NCBI GenBank assembly: GCA_038496445.1
Contig: JALMLS010000103.1
Span: forward strand, 62,001-126,000
Origin: Trichosphaerium sp. ATCC 40318
Lineage: Eukaryota; Protista; Tubulinea
Length of the DNA stretch: 64,000 nt
Direction of reading: 5' to 3'
A program made the position numbers and the translations under genes. The notes beneath the pieces were generated by a model. The model was not told the DNA's origin. It searched no databases and saw only the letters and a list, made by a program, of their open reading frames with translations. Each line of letters opens with the position of its first letter. Positions within the stretch are counted from its first letter, which is position 1. This document shows, one piece after another, positions 12,877-23,815 of the stretch.

Positions 12877-13746
12877 ATGTCGAATCAAAGGTACAAACAC
12901 TATGCTTCTGTCCTCACTGCTCTAACATTTCAAAAGTGCGCCAACAAGCATTCTGGAACTCCCAAGAGATTTTAGCTCATATTTTAAAACAAACAACAAA
13001 GTCACGATTTACAGCATGTCAAACCTCTCATCGTATTGCTTCGGTCATTCTTGACATTATTGGATATGATAGCGTTACAATAACAACAATGAAACAAGCG
13101 AAATCACTTCTAAAACACGCCAGCACTCTTCAGAGAACAAAAATCAGAGTTGTTGGCAATGAAGCTAATAGTATTGCCAAACTATTTCCTGGCGTTCATA
13201 CAATAGACCTTCTTATTGTAGTATTACGGATGAGAGTATCAAAGCACTTTCAGGAGTTCATACTATTGCCCTGTGTGGTTGCTTTAGAATTACAGATGAT
13301 GGAATCAAAGCACTCTCAGGAGTTAACACCATTTATCTGCATGGTGATTTTGGCATTACAGATGAGAGTATTAAATCACTTTCAGGAGTTCACAAAATAG
13401 GTATTACAGCTGAGGGTGTCAAAGCACTTTAAGTAGTTCATTTACATAGTTACTCGGCAATTACAGATGAGTGTCAAATCACTTTCAGGAGTTCATGCCA
13501 TTAATCTGTGTGGTTGCTTTAGAATTACAGAGTTCATACTATTGCTCGTTATGGTAGCGATAATATTACAGATGAGGGTATAAAATCGCTTTCAGGTGTT
13601 CATAGAATAGATCTTTGGAACTGTAATATTACAGATGAGGGATTCAAGCACTTTCAGGTGTCCATACAATTAGGCTTGCTAACTGCAATGGTATTACAAA
13701 TGATGGTATTGATAAATGGCTGAGTGCTCATAAAATATTCAAGTAA
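12877..13746 (+). pseudogene. F-box-LRR (GVHTIDL-type repeat) pseudogene
   Basis: F-box SILELP/QEILAHIL is broken by a frameshift. Repeated ITDEGxKxLSGVHxIxL units switch frame several times. Paralogue of 33695-35113. Confidence 0.8.
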
Positions 13747-14122
13747 TTATTTGTGGCCATTTAAGGGATCATCACACACGCTTGTGAGCAACTATAATGT
13801 TCAATTATCAACGTAAAGAGTTACATGAGAGAAATCAAACAAATCTTGTTAAGGTAGAAAAAAAAACCACGTGACAGATTATAAAAACCCATTATTTTTG
13901 CCATGTACACAAGCAAGAATAAATAATGTTGGCCCTTGAGGCAACGTGTTTTGTGCTTGTAATGACTGTATTTGATTGTTTGATAGTCAATTAATTTCAC
14001 ACCAGTGTACTTGCCTAATAAACTCGGGTTTTGTCCAAACTCTCATTCAACACTGAGATACTGCCAAACAGAACACAATCTAACTAATTGGAATCTATAT
14101 CTTCTATTTACAATTTATGAAC

Positions 14123-14926
14123 CTAGTTTGAAGCCTGTGTCCATACAATAAGGTTGTTTCGTATCCGTTGAAGAACTAAGGTCGCTTCTTTGCATGTTTC
14201 ATTGCATACTGTATCTAGGCCGCTTATACCATCATCAAAAGCTGTCTGTGCCATTTCAATAGCTTCATTCTTATTTCCAAGATCATATTGTTTCCTGCTT
14301 TGTATCAAATGAAAAGAAAGAACCACAGGAAAAGCAGGTGGCAAATCTGAAATATAATCGTATGTGTCTTGTAATACTTGGATGGCTTGTTGTTTGTATT
14401 CTTCTCTATCATCACCATGTGAAACCTCAATGATGTATCGATAGTACTTGCTTTTAAAGGATGTGTAGATAACTTTAGTTTCACTGCCTACATATTCAAT
14501 TGAAAGAATAGTGTCATATGCTTTTATGGCGCGTTTACTTGCTTCTATGATCTTATCTTCCAGCTTCTTTCTGTATTCTTTTACTAAATACACTGTTGAT
14601 TCATCTGCCTTCCTAATATCCACATTACATCATGCGTAGGTACAAAAATATTACTGCTCTAAACCATATATTATGCGCCAAGATGCCCTCAACGCTCCTA
14701 CAACATTGGAAAAGGCAACGGAAACAAGATTTCTCTCATTTTCGGATAAATACTTGCCATCTTCTTTTGCTATGGCTACAAGTGCTTCTACAGCGTCTAC
14801 CATATCCTCATACTGCTCTGACTGAAATTAAAATGAGTAAATAATCGTAATCTGTTTAAAAAGCCGTTTAACCTCTTCAGCAATACTCGCTTGGTACGCT
14901 GCTGCTTCCCGTGTATTCATCGACAT
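14123..14926 (-). CDS. Divergent 14-3-3-like protein (copy A), 2 introns
   Basis: Spliced MSMNTREAAAYQASIAEE/SEQYEDMV..LSENERNLVSVAFSNVVGALRASWR..YYRY..AIEMAQTAFDDGI..LVLQRIRNNLIVW. Confidence 0.88.
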
Positions 14927-15189
14927 GTTACAAGCAATATTTACACTGTTGCCGTTCATGAACAGAATTAAGTTGTGGTCGTTAAGTTATTTGCCATTAG
15001 ACTTAGAATGTGGGTAATGTCAAGTAAATAAGTGGTGGTGACAATGCCGGATGGGTAAATTACAATGCTTCAACAATTTATCATTCGTTTAAAGACATCA
15101 CTTTAACAATATCAGACTGGAAACTAAAAACCTTGGAGAGAATGAGTTTGTACAGTTATTGGTCAAAATTTTATGTCAATGTTTTTTAT

Positions 15190-16002
15190 TTACAAGTGGC
15201 GTTTCAATGCACGTGCATTGAAGATCCAGCCAAATCTTGTATGTGTTGCTCGTACCAAATGGAAATCGTTTAATAAAGCTCTCTTTTTATCCCACCTACC
15301 AGACATTGCAGAGTTTACAAAGCACGTGTAATCTCCAAGAAAAATACCACCATCATTATGCTTAATACCTTTTGGATCAATCTGACCAACATCACCACGT
15401 GTATTCTGCTCATGTATATGCCCGAAACAATGAAGCCCTGGCTTCAGTTCATCAATAACTTTCCGTAGTACCATCGAACCACCGTGGTTGTCTTTTTTGC
15501 CATTAGCTACATCAAGAATACCATATGGAGGTCCATGAGTTATCAGGACATCTACACCTTCTGGAATGTTAAAGCAATCGTAGTATGTTCCTCTGTTATC
15601 TTCAGACTCTCCCTTTTTGTATCTATAGTCCCAATAATGATTGTAGTGCCATGGACTACCGTATATCTTTAATCCATGTATCAGTATGCCTTTGTTAAGT
15701 AGAACAAAAGCGTTTGAAATTATATTAGCAATGCTGATGTAATCCAGGCCAGAGTACAAGTCGTGGTTGCCTATAACAAACAATATAGTGATATATGGTA
15801 GTTCCGAGCGAATTCTACCGAATACAAGGTTTAACGCTTCTAATTCTTGCGCTGTACCATTGTTAGTGCCGTCCCCTGAGTGTATAAGTATGTCTTTATC
15901 CGATTGTGATGTTTTTATAGCGCTTATAAGCTCGGAAGTAATAGTGCCTGCCTTTGAGTGTGTATCACTAATGTGCCATATATTTACTGTCGTATTATTC
16001 AT
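15190..16002 (-). CDS. Calcineurin-like metallophosphoesterase (MPPED/239FB-like), intronless
   Basis: All five motifs present: SDTH, HSGDGTNNG, GNHD, THGPP, GHIHE. Confidence 0.92.
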   Translation of the reverse strand: MNNTTVNIWHISDTHSKAGTITSELISAIKTSQSDKDILIHSGDGTNNGTAQELEALNLVFGRIRSELPYITILFVIGNHDLYSGLDYISIANIISNAFVLLNKGILIHGLKIYGSPWHYNHYWDYRYKKGESEDNRGTYYDCFNIPEGVDVLITHGPPYGILDVANGKKDNHGGSMVLRKVIDELKPGLHCFGHIHEQNTRGDVGQIDPKGIKHNDGGIFLGDYTCFVNSAMSGRWDKKRALLNDFHLVRATHTRFGWIFNARALKRHL

Positions 16003-16751
16003 TTGTGGCTTTGTGAAGTAATCAGGAGCTGAATGTTTTCAAAGAAAGTCAGCTGCGAGTTCCTTAATAAAGGAGTAAACTAGTACCGTCCACAGTTGGT
16101 GACACGTGATTGTTTAGAAGGCAGCCAAAATAAGAAAGTATAGCATAGTTCAATAGCATCACCCAAATGGCATTAGAAATAAAAAAGAGGTGGTTGCGTA
16201 GCGTGCCCCGAGTATATTGGGCTCAATTGGTGCTGTAGCACCAGACGGAGCGCCTATGTTACGAAGAAGCAGCTTGCCTCTTCGTTGCTGAAGCAACGAA
16301 GTATGTGTTTTCTCCCAACAAGTGAATGCAATTGTATGCTTTGGCAGTTACGAAGTATATTCCAATTGCATTGACATCCTGAGTATTCATTGGAATTGTC
16401 TCGAAGTATAAGCTCAGGTATGTCATGTTGGGAAATGTTGGGGCACATCTACTATGCATCTCTATTGATTTATAACAGAACTGCAGTATTTAAGTGACAA
16501 CATAAACAATGTAGATTAAATGTGGTTGAAAGTTGGGGAAATTTCTAAAAGATGGAATAAAATAAGATTTAGGTTGGTTGTATCAAGCCTAATATATTGT
16601 ATTCATTTATTTCATTCTATGGTAGTCGACCCTTTATTTACTTCCATGTAAAGAGCTGGAACTTCAGCCAGAGGGTCGCTAACCATAAAAAATATGAGTC
16701 TTAAATCACAGTTGTAAACGACTCAATTGATTGTTTTTTTCGCAATGGTCT

Positions 16752-17411
16752 TTATTTACGCGCATATACGTTGTATAAATGTACTATCAGTCCAATAAGG
16801 TCTCTGTTTGGATTTTGAAGACCTGATACATTCTTTCCGTTATCATAACGGCCAACATAGTACACTGCCCCATTAGGATACCACATAATAAGATCTCCAT
16901 CCAATACTCCATTTTTGAGGCTTCCTGCAGCTTCTTTTTGGCCACTACGGTACCATGCACAAAAATCACCATTAGGTTTTCCTCCCAAGCCATTAAAGAG
17001 CAAATGCTTTGTGCCATCTTCTTTAAAAGTTTGAAAAGTGCCATCTTTGACGCTGCCAGTTTTTGTGGTGCAAATTAGAAAGCACTGGCCCTTCTTAGAC
17101 GCCTCTCTTACATTTCTTGGACGAGTTCCTTTCTGTTTACCCGGAAAGTACTCCTTGTAGTACTCCAATTGCCCGTTGTTAAATTGCGCTATCGCGAAGA
17201 AGTTCTGGTATTTATAATAGAAGCTATGCATGTGACTTTGTACAGACAGAAATACCCCGTGTTTGTCCATATTTTCATCAAAACGAGTTGTTGTAGCAGT
17301 TTTAACAGATAATAAAGGCCATTTTATGTATACCTCGTCATCAAGCTCTTGTATTGCGAGCTGAAGCTCTATGGGTAGAGCTAGAATGTTTTTACATGTA
17401 GCCAAACTCAT
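16752..17411 (-). CDS. F-box-like + MORN-variant repeat protein (paralogue of 8746-9431), intronless
   Basis: Shares N-terminus LALPIELQLAI..VYIKWPLLS..TATTTRFD with the 8746 gene; repeats WYRSGQK..NGVLDG..WYPNG. Confidence 0.8.
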   Translation of the reverse strand: MSLATCKNILALPIELQLAIQELDDEVYIKWPLLSVKTATTTRFDENMDKHGVFLSVQSHMHSFYYKYQNFFAIAQFNNGQLEYYKEYFPGKQKGTRPRNVREASKKGQCFLICTTKTGSVKDGTFQTFKEDGTKHLLFNGLGGKPNGDFCAWYRSGQKEAAGSLKNGVLDGDLIMWYPNGAVYYVGRYDNGKNVSGLQNPNRDLIGLIVHLYNVYARK

Positions 17412-17482
17412 GTCTAGTCGCTTGGTCTTCTCTGTGATGTTTAGACGTACGGGAGATGAAACTCGTGGAAATGTGTTTTTTT

Positions 17483-19988
17483 ATGGCGCTTAGAATAGAA
17501 CAATTGAAGCAAAGCCTAACAAAGGTGTTACTATAATTACGTTAGACCTGTTGACTTGTACTTCACTTTTTAGTATTTGTCAGAGCTACAGGATATCCTA
17601 CGTAAGTTCTAATGAAAGTGAGAACAAGATTGACCTCAGTACTTTTTTCTCTGTAAATGCTCAGCAGTTCGTGTCAATGCTGTTTGTACAAGCGATTAAC
17701 ACTCTCGCGCTTGCAAAAGAGATCATATAGGATAAAAAGAAAGCGTACGCTGTAATTTTAATCAGAAAACCACCGTTAGCTTCATTCTTACGCGTAAAAA
17801 ACCATCTGGCGTGTTAGTAAACGATTTGGGGGAAAAAACAAAACGTAATTCTTATTCAGGCAAAGAAGTACGAAAGAGGTTACCTGGCGATCACTGGGAC
17901 GCTAATAACATAAAACTGTTTTTTAATGGCGTCGCTTATCGATTACGCATTGCGTCAATGGATGAGTGGTACAGCGTTTCATATACCCAGTTGATGGCTT
18001 GCGGTGCCGCTTCAATACTATTCAGGTGTGACATACATTAGCCTTAGTTCGCTTTAAACACTAAAACAGCGTTACCCATGAATAAGCGCACACTGTGGCT
18101 GTATTTTGTAGTTTGACACTTTACAGATTTAAGAATTCAGTAGCAGAGACCCTAAAACACGCTTATCCTACATGGAAATGGCGATTAAATGAGTTCGAGT
18201 ACGTTTACTTCACACCATTACAGCTAATAATTTTTTTTTTTATAGATCATCACCTCGACACTTGTGGCAGAACAGAGACGACAGAAGAGCTTTTCTTAAT
18301 AGAGTTGCAAAAAAACTTAATATTAAACACCTTGATGAGTGGTATGAAGTAACATTCTCGGATGTTACTGCACATGCAGCGGCTCTTTTACACATGTAAG
18401 GAAAATTTTTTTTGAACTAAACAAATTCGTCGTTTTGAATTTCATCTTCAAAGCCATCTCTTAGTATCTTGGCACGTGACATTTGGTTAGGTATGACAAA
18501 TCATTATTCGAATGTTTGAAGGATAACTTTTCTGAACACAAATGGAATGCGTTTAACTTCAAGTACGTACAATCGGTTTCTAGAGACTGTTAGAAAAAGT
18601 AGATTCTAACTTCTTTTTTTAGACGTCGACCAAAAACTTGGTACTCCTCTAAGGTAAACCAACGTCGTACTTTAGATTATGTTGGTAGAATGCTTAATAT
18701 AAAGGATTTATCTGATTGGACAAAAATAAGTTGGCGTGATGCACATACACATGGAGCAAATCCAGTTCTTCGAAGGTTAGAACTTCAAGCATATTTGTTC
18801 CTTTTTTGTTTTTTATGGACTGTCATGCCCTTATATTATAATAGATACAACTATTCCTTGTTTGATACATTAGAATCAATATATGGGCGCAATATAGGAA
18901 ATAGAGATTCATTACCAAGAGGTCATTGGCGCAACCAAAAGGTAGTCCGAGAATTTCTTGAGAATGCTGGAAAAGCGCTTAATATTGATAGTATGCACCA
19001 ATGGTACTTTTAAAGCTCTCACCTTCGTTCATGTATTTCCTATATTCTACGTCTAATTTTACCAAGGTATCGTGTATCTCACGCACAGTTGGTATCTGTT
19101 GGTGGTATTTCTATTTTAAAGTATTTTCCACATGTACTTAAAGTTTTGGACCCAAGTTTTAATTGGGATTGGAGACACTTTGCTCACTTAGGAAAGCGAT
19201 CTCGGCAAGGGTAATAATTATACCTAGAACATCATTATTACTTTATGTCTGCCTTAGTTTTTTAAGCAGTGTTATGAGTGTATCTTTCTAATTTTGTGTT
19301 TAGTCGGCTAGTACATATTGTTCGTTCTATTTTTCCAAACCTTGAAGTCAAAGAAGAACATAGCATTGGCGTTAGGGATTCTTCTGGTACTCCAATGACT
19401 GTTGATATTTTTATACCAGAGTATAACTTAGCTATTGAGTATCAAGGTATGTATACTGTCACTTGTTGTTAAATTATGTAAAAAGTTTTTACTGAAATGT
19501 TGTTTAGGAGAACATCATTACAAAGATGTATTCAAACATACGTCTACTAACTTATGTACTTTCAGAGATATTGAAAAAGCTCATTATTGTCGCTCTTATG
19601 GTATGAGACAGCTTGAAAAAAACCCATAAAAAATAGTAGCAAGCTTCACTTGAAGACTTTCTTACATGTTTTGTGTTTGTTGTTTACATAATTTTTGTCA
19701 TGTTGATTTGTATGATTTAATGGTATTATTTCTTTAGGTATAACACTTGTTCATATACCTTACTGGTGGGATGGGTCAAAGGATAGTATAATAGCAACAA
19801 TAGCTCACTACAAGACATCTATTGGTCTTAAACCAAAACAAAGTTTCAGTCCTCTCTTAACTAATTCGGACGAAAACAACAAAGGTAGTTCTACAATAAT
19901 TTTGACGCTTCTTTTTGCAAACTATTTTTTAGATAGTCACTACCCAACTGGCGTGACATTAATGTCTCCAGCGTCACCTATAATGTGA
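17483..19988 (+). CDS. Trp-rich repeat protein with C-terminal PD-(D/E)XK-like nuclease domain; start approximate
   Basis: About four repeats of PxxxW..FxxxxAxxLxIxxxDxW(Y)xVS. C-terminal VDIFIPEYNLAIEYQGEHHY..RDIEK..GITLVHIPYWWDG; many canonical introns. Confidence 0.75.
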
Positions 19989-20853
19989 AAAAGACACCTC
20001 AGAAGTAAGGCTCAGTACAAGTAAAATGGTGTTGAACTGAAATGAGTTAACAGAAGTCTACTGGACAAAAATCCCTTTCATCAAGAGCGCTATTCCTCGG
20101 CCCTCATACAGCGCTATTTAAGTTGAACTGTGATGCAGCCTTTTCATGTGTGGTGGGTAACTGTAATTACACAAAGCACCATACACAACTAAGCCAAAGA
20201 CAAAACAACACATGATAACTGTCATTCGAAAGCTCTTTAGGAAGCAAAAAAAATCGAGCATCACTGAAACCAACACATCAATGCCCACAATACGTAAAGT
20301 TTCAAGCAATCATGGCTTGTTTTCAGTAGTAGTATAAGTAAGGATCTTGGCAAACCCACTGAAGAAGAAAAAGTCAAGCAAACTGAAGCTGAAAAAATAA
20401 CAGAAGTGGCATGTAGTATTCATTGAGTATCACAAGTACTTATAAAACACTTGTAAAATAACAATCACAACAACAGTACTTGTACCATAACAGTCCACAT
20501 GACCCTGAGTTTTAAATAGTCGAAAAGCCAACATAAATCGCAATAGAATGGTGCCTAGCTTCGGACGTAAAACAAGCCTTTGGGTGTTAGCAGAGAAATA
20601 ATAGCAAAGTATCACAATATAGAATATGTACTGGTCACTCAGCAAGTTAGGCCTTCCAATGCAATATTAAGCAAAGAACAAACGCACAGCCATAGGAAGC
20701 ATTTCTACACCAACCTTACAATTACAACTGTCAACTGTGAGTTGGTTTTCTTCTCTAATACTCAGATGGAAAGGATGGGTTCAAATCCATGTAACATTCT
20801 TTGAAAAATTAGTGAAATTTTTTTTAGTCTCCTGAGGAGAAAAAGAAATCTGT

Positions 20854-22657
20854 TTATTTCAAAGTAACTGCAGGTTTAGGAAATCTAACGAGGACCCCGT
20901 GAATCCAGTCATACCATTCATCAGGTAATAGAGTGAGATATCTTTGAATAGCAGCATCATATCCAACAATGTAACTAAAACGAAAAAAGTCAGAAAAAAT
21001 TATATATTCGAGGCATTTGTTACCGAGGCTGTGGTTTCTCGCTTGTGAGGGCAAGCATCTAAATGTAATGATAAGAAAAATGAATTATTAAACGTTTTTA
21101 ATGAACTAGTCATCTTACCATTGCATCAACAACTACTTTTGCATCACCAAGTGGGTAACTCTCTAATACTTCAATAATTTTGTTCACATAGTCTTTACCA
21201 TATTCTTCGTGGAATTCAGGTTTTGAATTAAAGTCTAAAACAAACATGATTATAAACATATCAGTATTCAATACACTGTACATACCGGATCTGAGTCTAT
21301 CATAGAGGTTCCATAAAGGCGTGCTAAACCCACCTGGATCTAATTGGACAATAAGAAAATAGTACGAAAAAAAAAACCAAATTGAGCTCAAGTACTTACT
21401 TATTACAATGGCTTTAATTCCAAACGGTTTCAAGTCCATTCTAAGTACTCTAGTGAATCCATCTAAAGCAAACTAACAGGAGTATAAGATGACCATAAAT
21501 AAACAAGCGAAAAAAGTGAGAAAGAAGAAAAAATAGTAGTTAATGATTTTCTGTTACCACGTGAGGGTTTTTTAGAAGCGTTCAGTTTCAATTGCGTTAA
21601 TACCACTTAAAAAAATAGACTGAAAGAGGGTACACAAAAATGCAGGCTTGAAAAAAACGAAAGTAAACGTTAAATCAAAAAACAATGTTGTGAATTTCGT
21701 GCACTCAGAAAATCCTATGAGAACCCTTGTTCTGCTGTGAACTTCACGGACGCGATACGTTCATTCAGGATTTTCAACAGTACTGTACCTTTGAAGTGCA
21801 ATAAACAGAAGTAAGAGGATTCGAACTTAAACCAAGAATACTGCACATATTCACAATTCTACCTTTTGTCTTCTTTAACATCGCTATTGTAAAAACAACG
21901 TTAATGGGTACTCAAAATTGTGTCTGTAATGTTCCGTACGAATAAACGCTTTACTGACACGAATGGCGCCCATCGTGTTGACTAAAACGGATTTAGTTAT
22001 GCCGAGAAAAACCAAAAAAAAAATCACGTGTTTTGAAAACAAAGCAAAGAGGGCGTACTTGCGAGGCATTTTTCATATTCGCTTATTTCTGTAAACTCAA
22101 CATGTAATCCAGTAACTATACCAGCATTATTTACAACACCGATAAGGTTCCATGATTTTTCTGTGCACGTGATTTTGACTTTTTCCAAAGCTGCATCAAT
22201 ATCTTCCTAATCAGATAACAAATTAACAGCAATCGACGAGACTCGCCAAAAAATTACTAATAGGTGAAGGAGGTTTCTATTGAAAAGAGAACGAGTCTTT
22301 TTTTTAAGACGAAGTAAAATCGAGGTACAAACCTGTTTTGTTACATCACATTGAATTGTAACCAGTTTTTCTGATGTTTCTTTGTCTAATACATCAGCAG
22401 TATCTTTATTTAGGCATGCGGCAAATACACAGTATCCTGAAGAGTCTAGACGCTTCGCTAGCAAGTTTCCAAAGCCAGTACTACAGGAAAAAGTAAACAA
22501 CCTTTCAAGTGCTTTTTTTTTTTTGGATATAATCGTACTCGCATCCTGTAATGAAAATAGCGTCTCCTGGCACTATCGATCTTATTTTTGGAGGTTTTCG
22601 CGTAACCACGTAAATCAAGACAGTAACGGCTATTGTTATAAGGATACCTAATATCAT
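20854..22657 (-). CDS. Short-chain dehydrogenase/reductase (RDH/BDH1-like) with N-terminal TM anchor
   Basis: Spliced ITGCDTGFG, CDVT, VNNAG, GRIVN, catalytic YCTSK, and PGGFST. Confidence 0.92.
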
Positions 22658-22854
22658 TTTTTGAGTTTGAAGAGTGTCTAACACCAAAACTGTAAGGCTC
22701 GATAAAAACGTCAAAGTGAGTCTTGAACACGTGAGAATTCGCGGGTTTTTAACAAAAAAATGAACTCATTGCACTACTTATATGACGTAGGCCACGTGAT
22801 CTTGTTTTCTATCAATGTATCGTAAAGAGTATTTAGCCTTCCCAAAATCGTAGC

Positions 22855-22942
22855 TAGTACTGTTAACGACTCAGTCTTAAGTCGAGTCGGACCGATTTTA
22901 CAAAAAGTCGAGTTGAGTTGAGTCGGACCGTTAACAGTACTA
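22855..22942. mobile_element. 88-bp hAT-type MITE
   Basis: Perfect 14-bp TIRs TAGTACTGTTAACG/CGTTAACAGTACTA flanked by perfect 8-bp direct repeat ATCGTAGC (22847-22854, 22943-22950); internal gagtcggaccg repeats. Confidence 0.88.
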
Positions 22943-23815
22943 ATCGTAGCATCGTTTCCTAGAACCTTGAGGCTTGGCATAGCAACTCTATAACCAAAAG
23001 CTATTAGACTCCGTGTGTACCTTCCTAGAAATGTTGTACCACATGTATTGTCTATTTCATTCAAGTTTTGAGACAGACTGACTTTTAGCAAAAGAAATCC
23101 AGTTTCTGCCCGATCTGTCAGATCTGACAGATTTGACAGATCTTGCAAATTGTCATTTTTTAAATGTGAGCTACCTTCACGCCTGTCGAGTGAATCCACC
23201 GTTTCAAACCCACGTGATTTAACAAACCCATAGCAAAACATTTTATTTACATATTTGACGCCGCGTTTACAAAGCCTACAGCAACGCTGGTGGTTTTTTG
23301 GGAGGTTTTAACGTTATTATACTGCCCTGCTATTTGGATGCTGCCATAGCGCTTTTGTTAGCGTGGGGTAGGTGCTAGCGTAGCGCTAGCAAGTTATACA
23401 CGTACGTTGATTTTTTGAAGCAAAACATAAAGCAAACAGTGTTTGAGGCATTCATACCATGTTTGGCAGTAATGCGATAGCTTTGTAGGACATTATACCT
23501 TTTTAATTCGCTTTTAGCGCATTGAACACTTCTGTGGTTTGATCATACTGTGTACAGTTTGCGTAGGTAAAATGCTCTTCCATGGTCTGTTGAAAGTTAC
23601 ATTGAAAATTTTGCTATCACTTACCGTAAGGTACCTAAGTCATAAAATGAAGGACAACATTGTAACACAAATAGTTCACATTGTGATAGATCTACACCAT
23701 TTGGCAGAAGTGTCAGATCTTGCTAGATCTGCTAAAAGTGCTAAAAACTGACTTTCTGAAAATATTAGTAAAACTTGAATGAAACATACAATAGCATTAA
23801 AGTTACAACAAACGT

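Noticed and set aside
14632-14844. 70-aa ORF conserved at two loci (also 32338-32550)
   Set aside because: It is the antisense shadow of 14-3-3 exon 2; the conservation reflects the duplication.
20118-20804. Membrane-protein gene between the nuclease and SDR genes
   Set aside because: Hydrophobic fragments are interrupted by stops and I could not build a consistent splice model.
22774-23241. 155-aa ORF as a gene
   Set aside because: It runs across a MITE and repeat motifs, has no ATG start and shows no recognisable domain.
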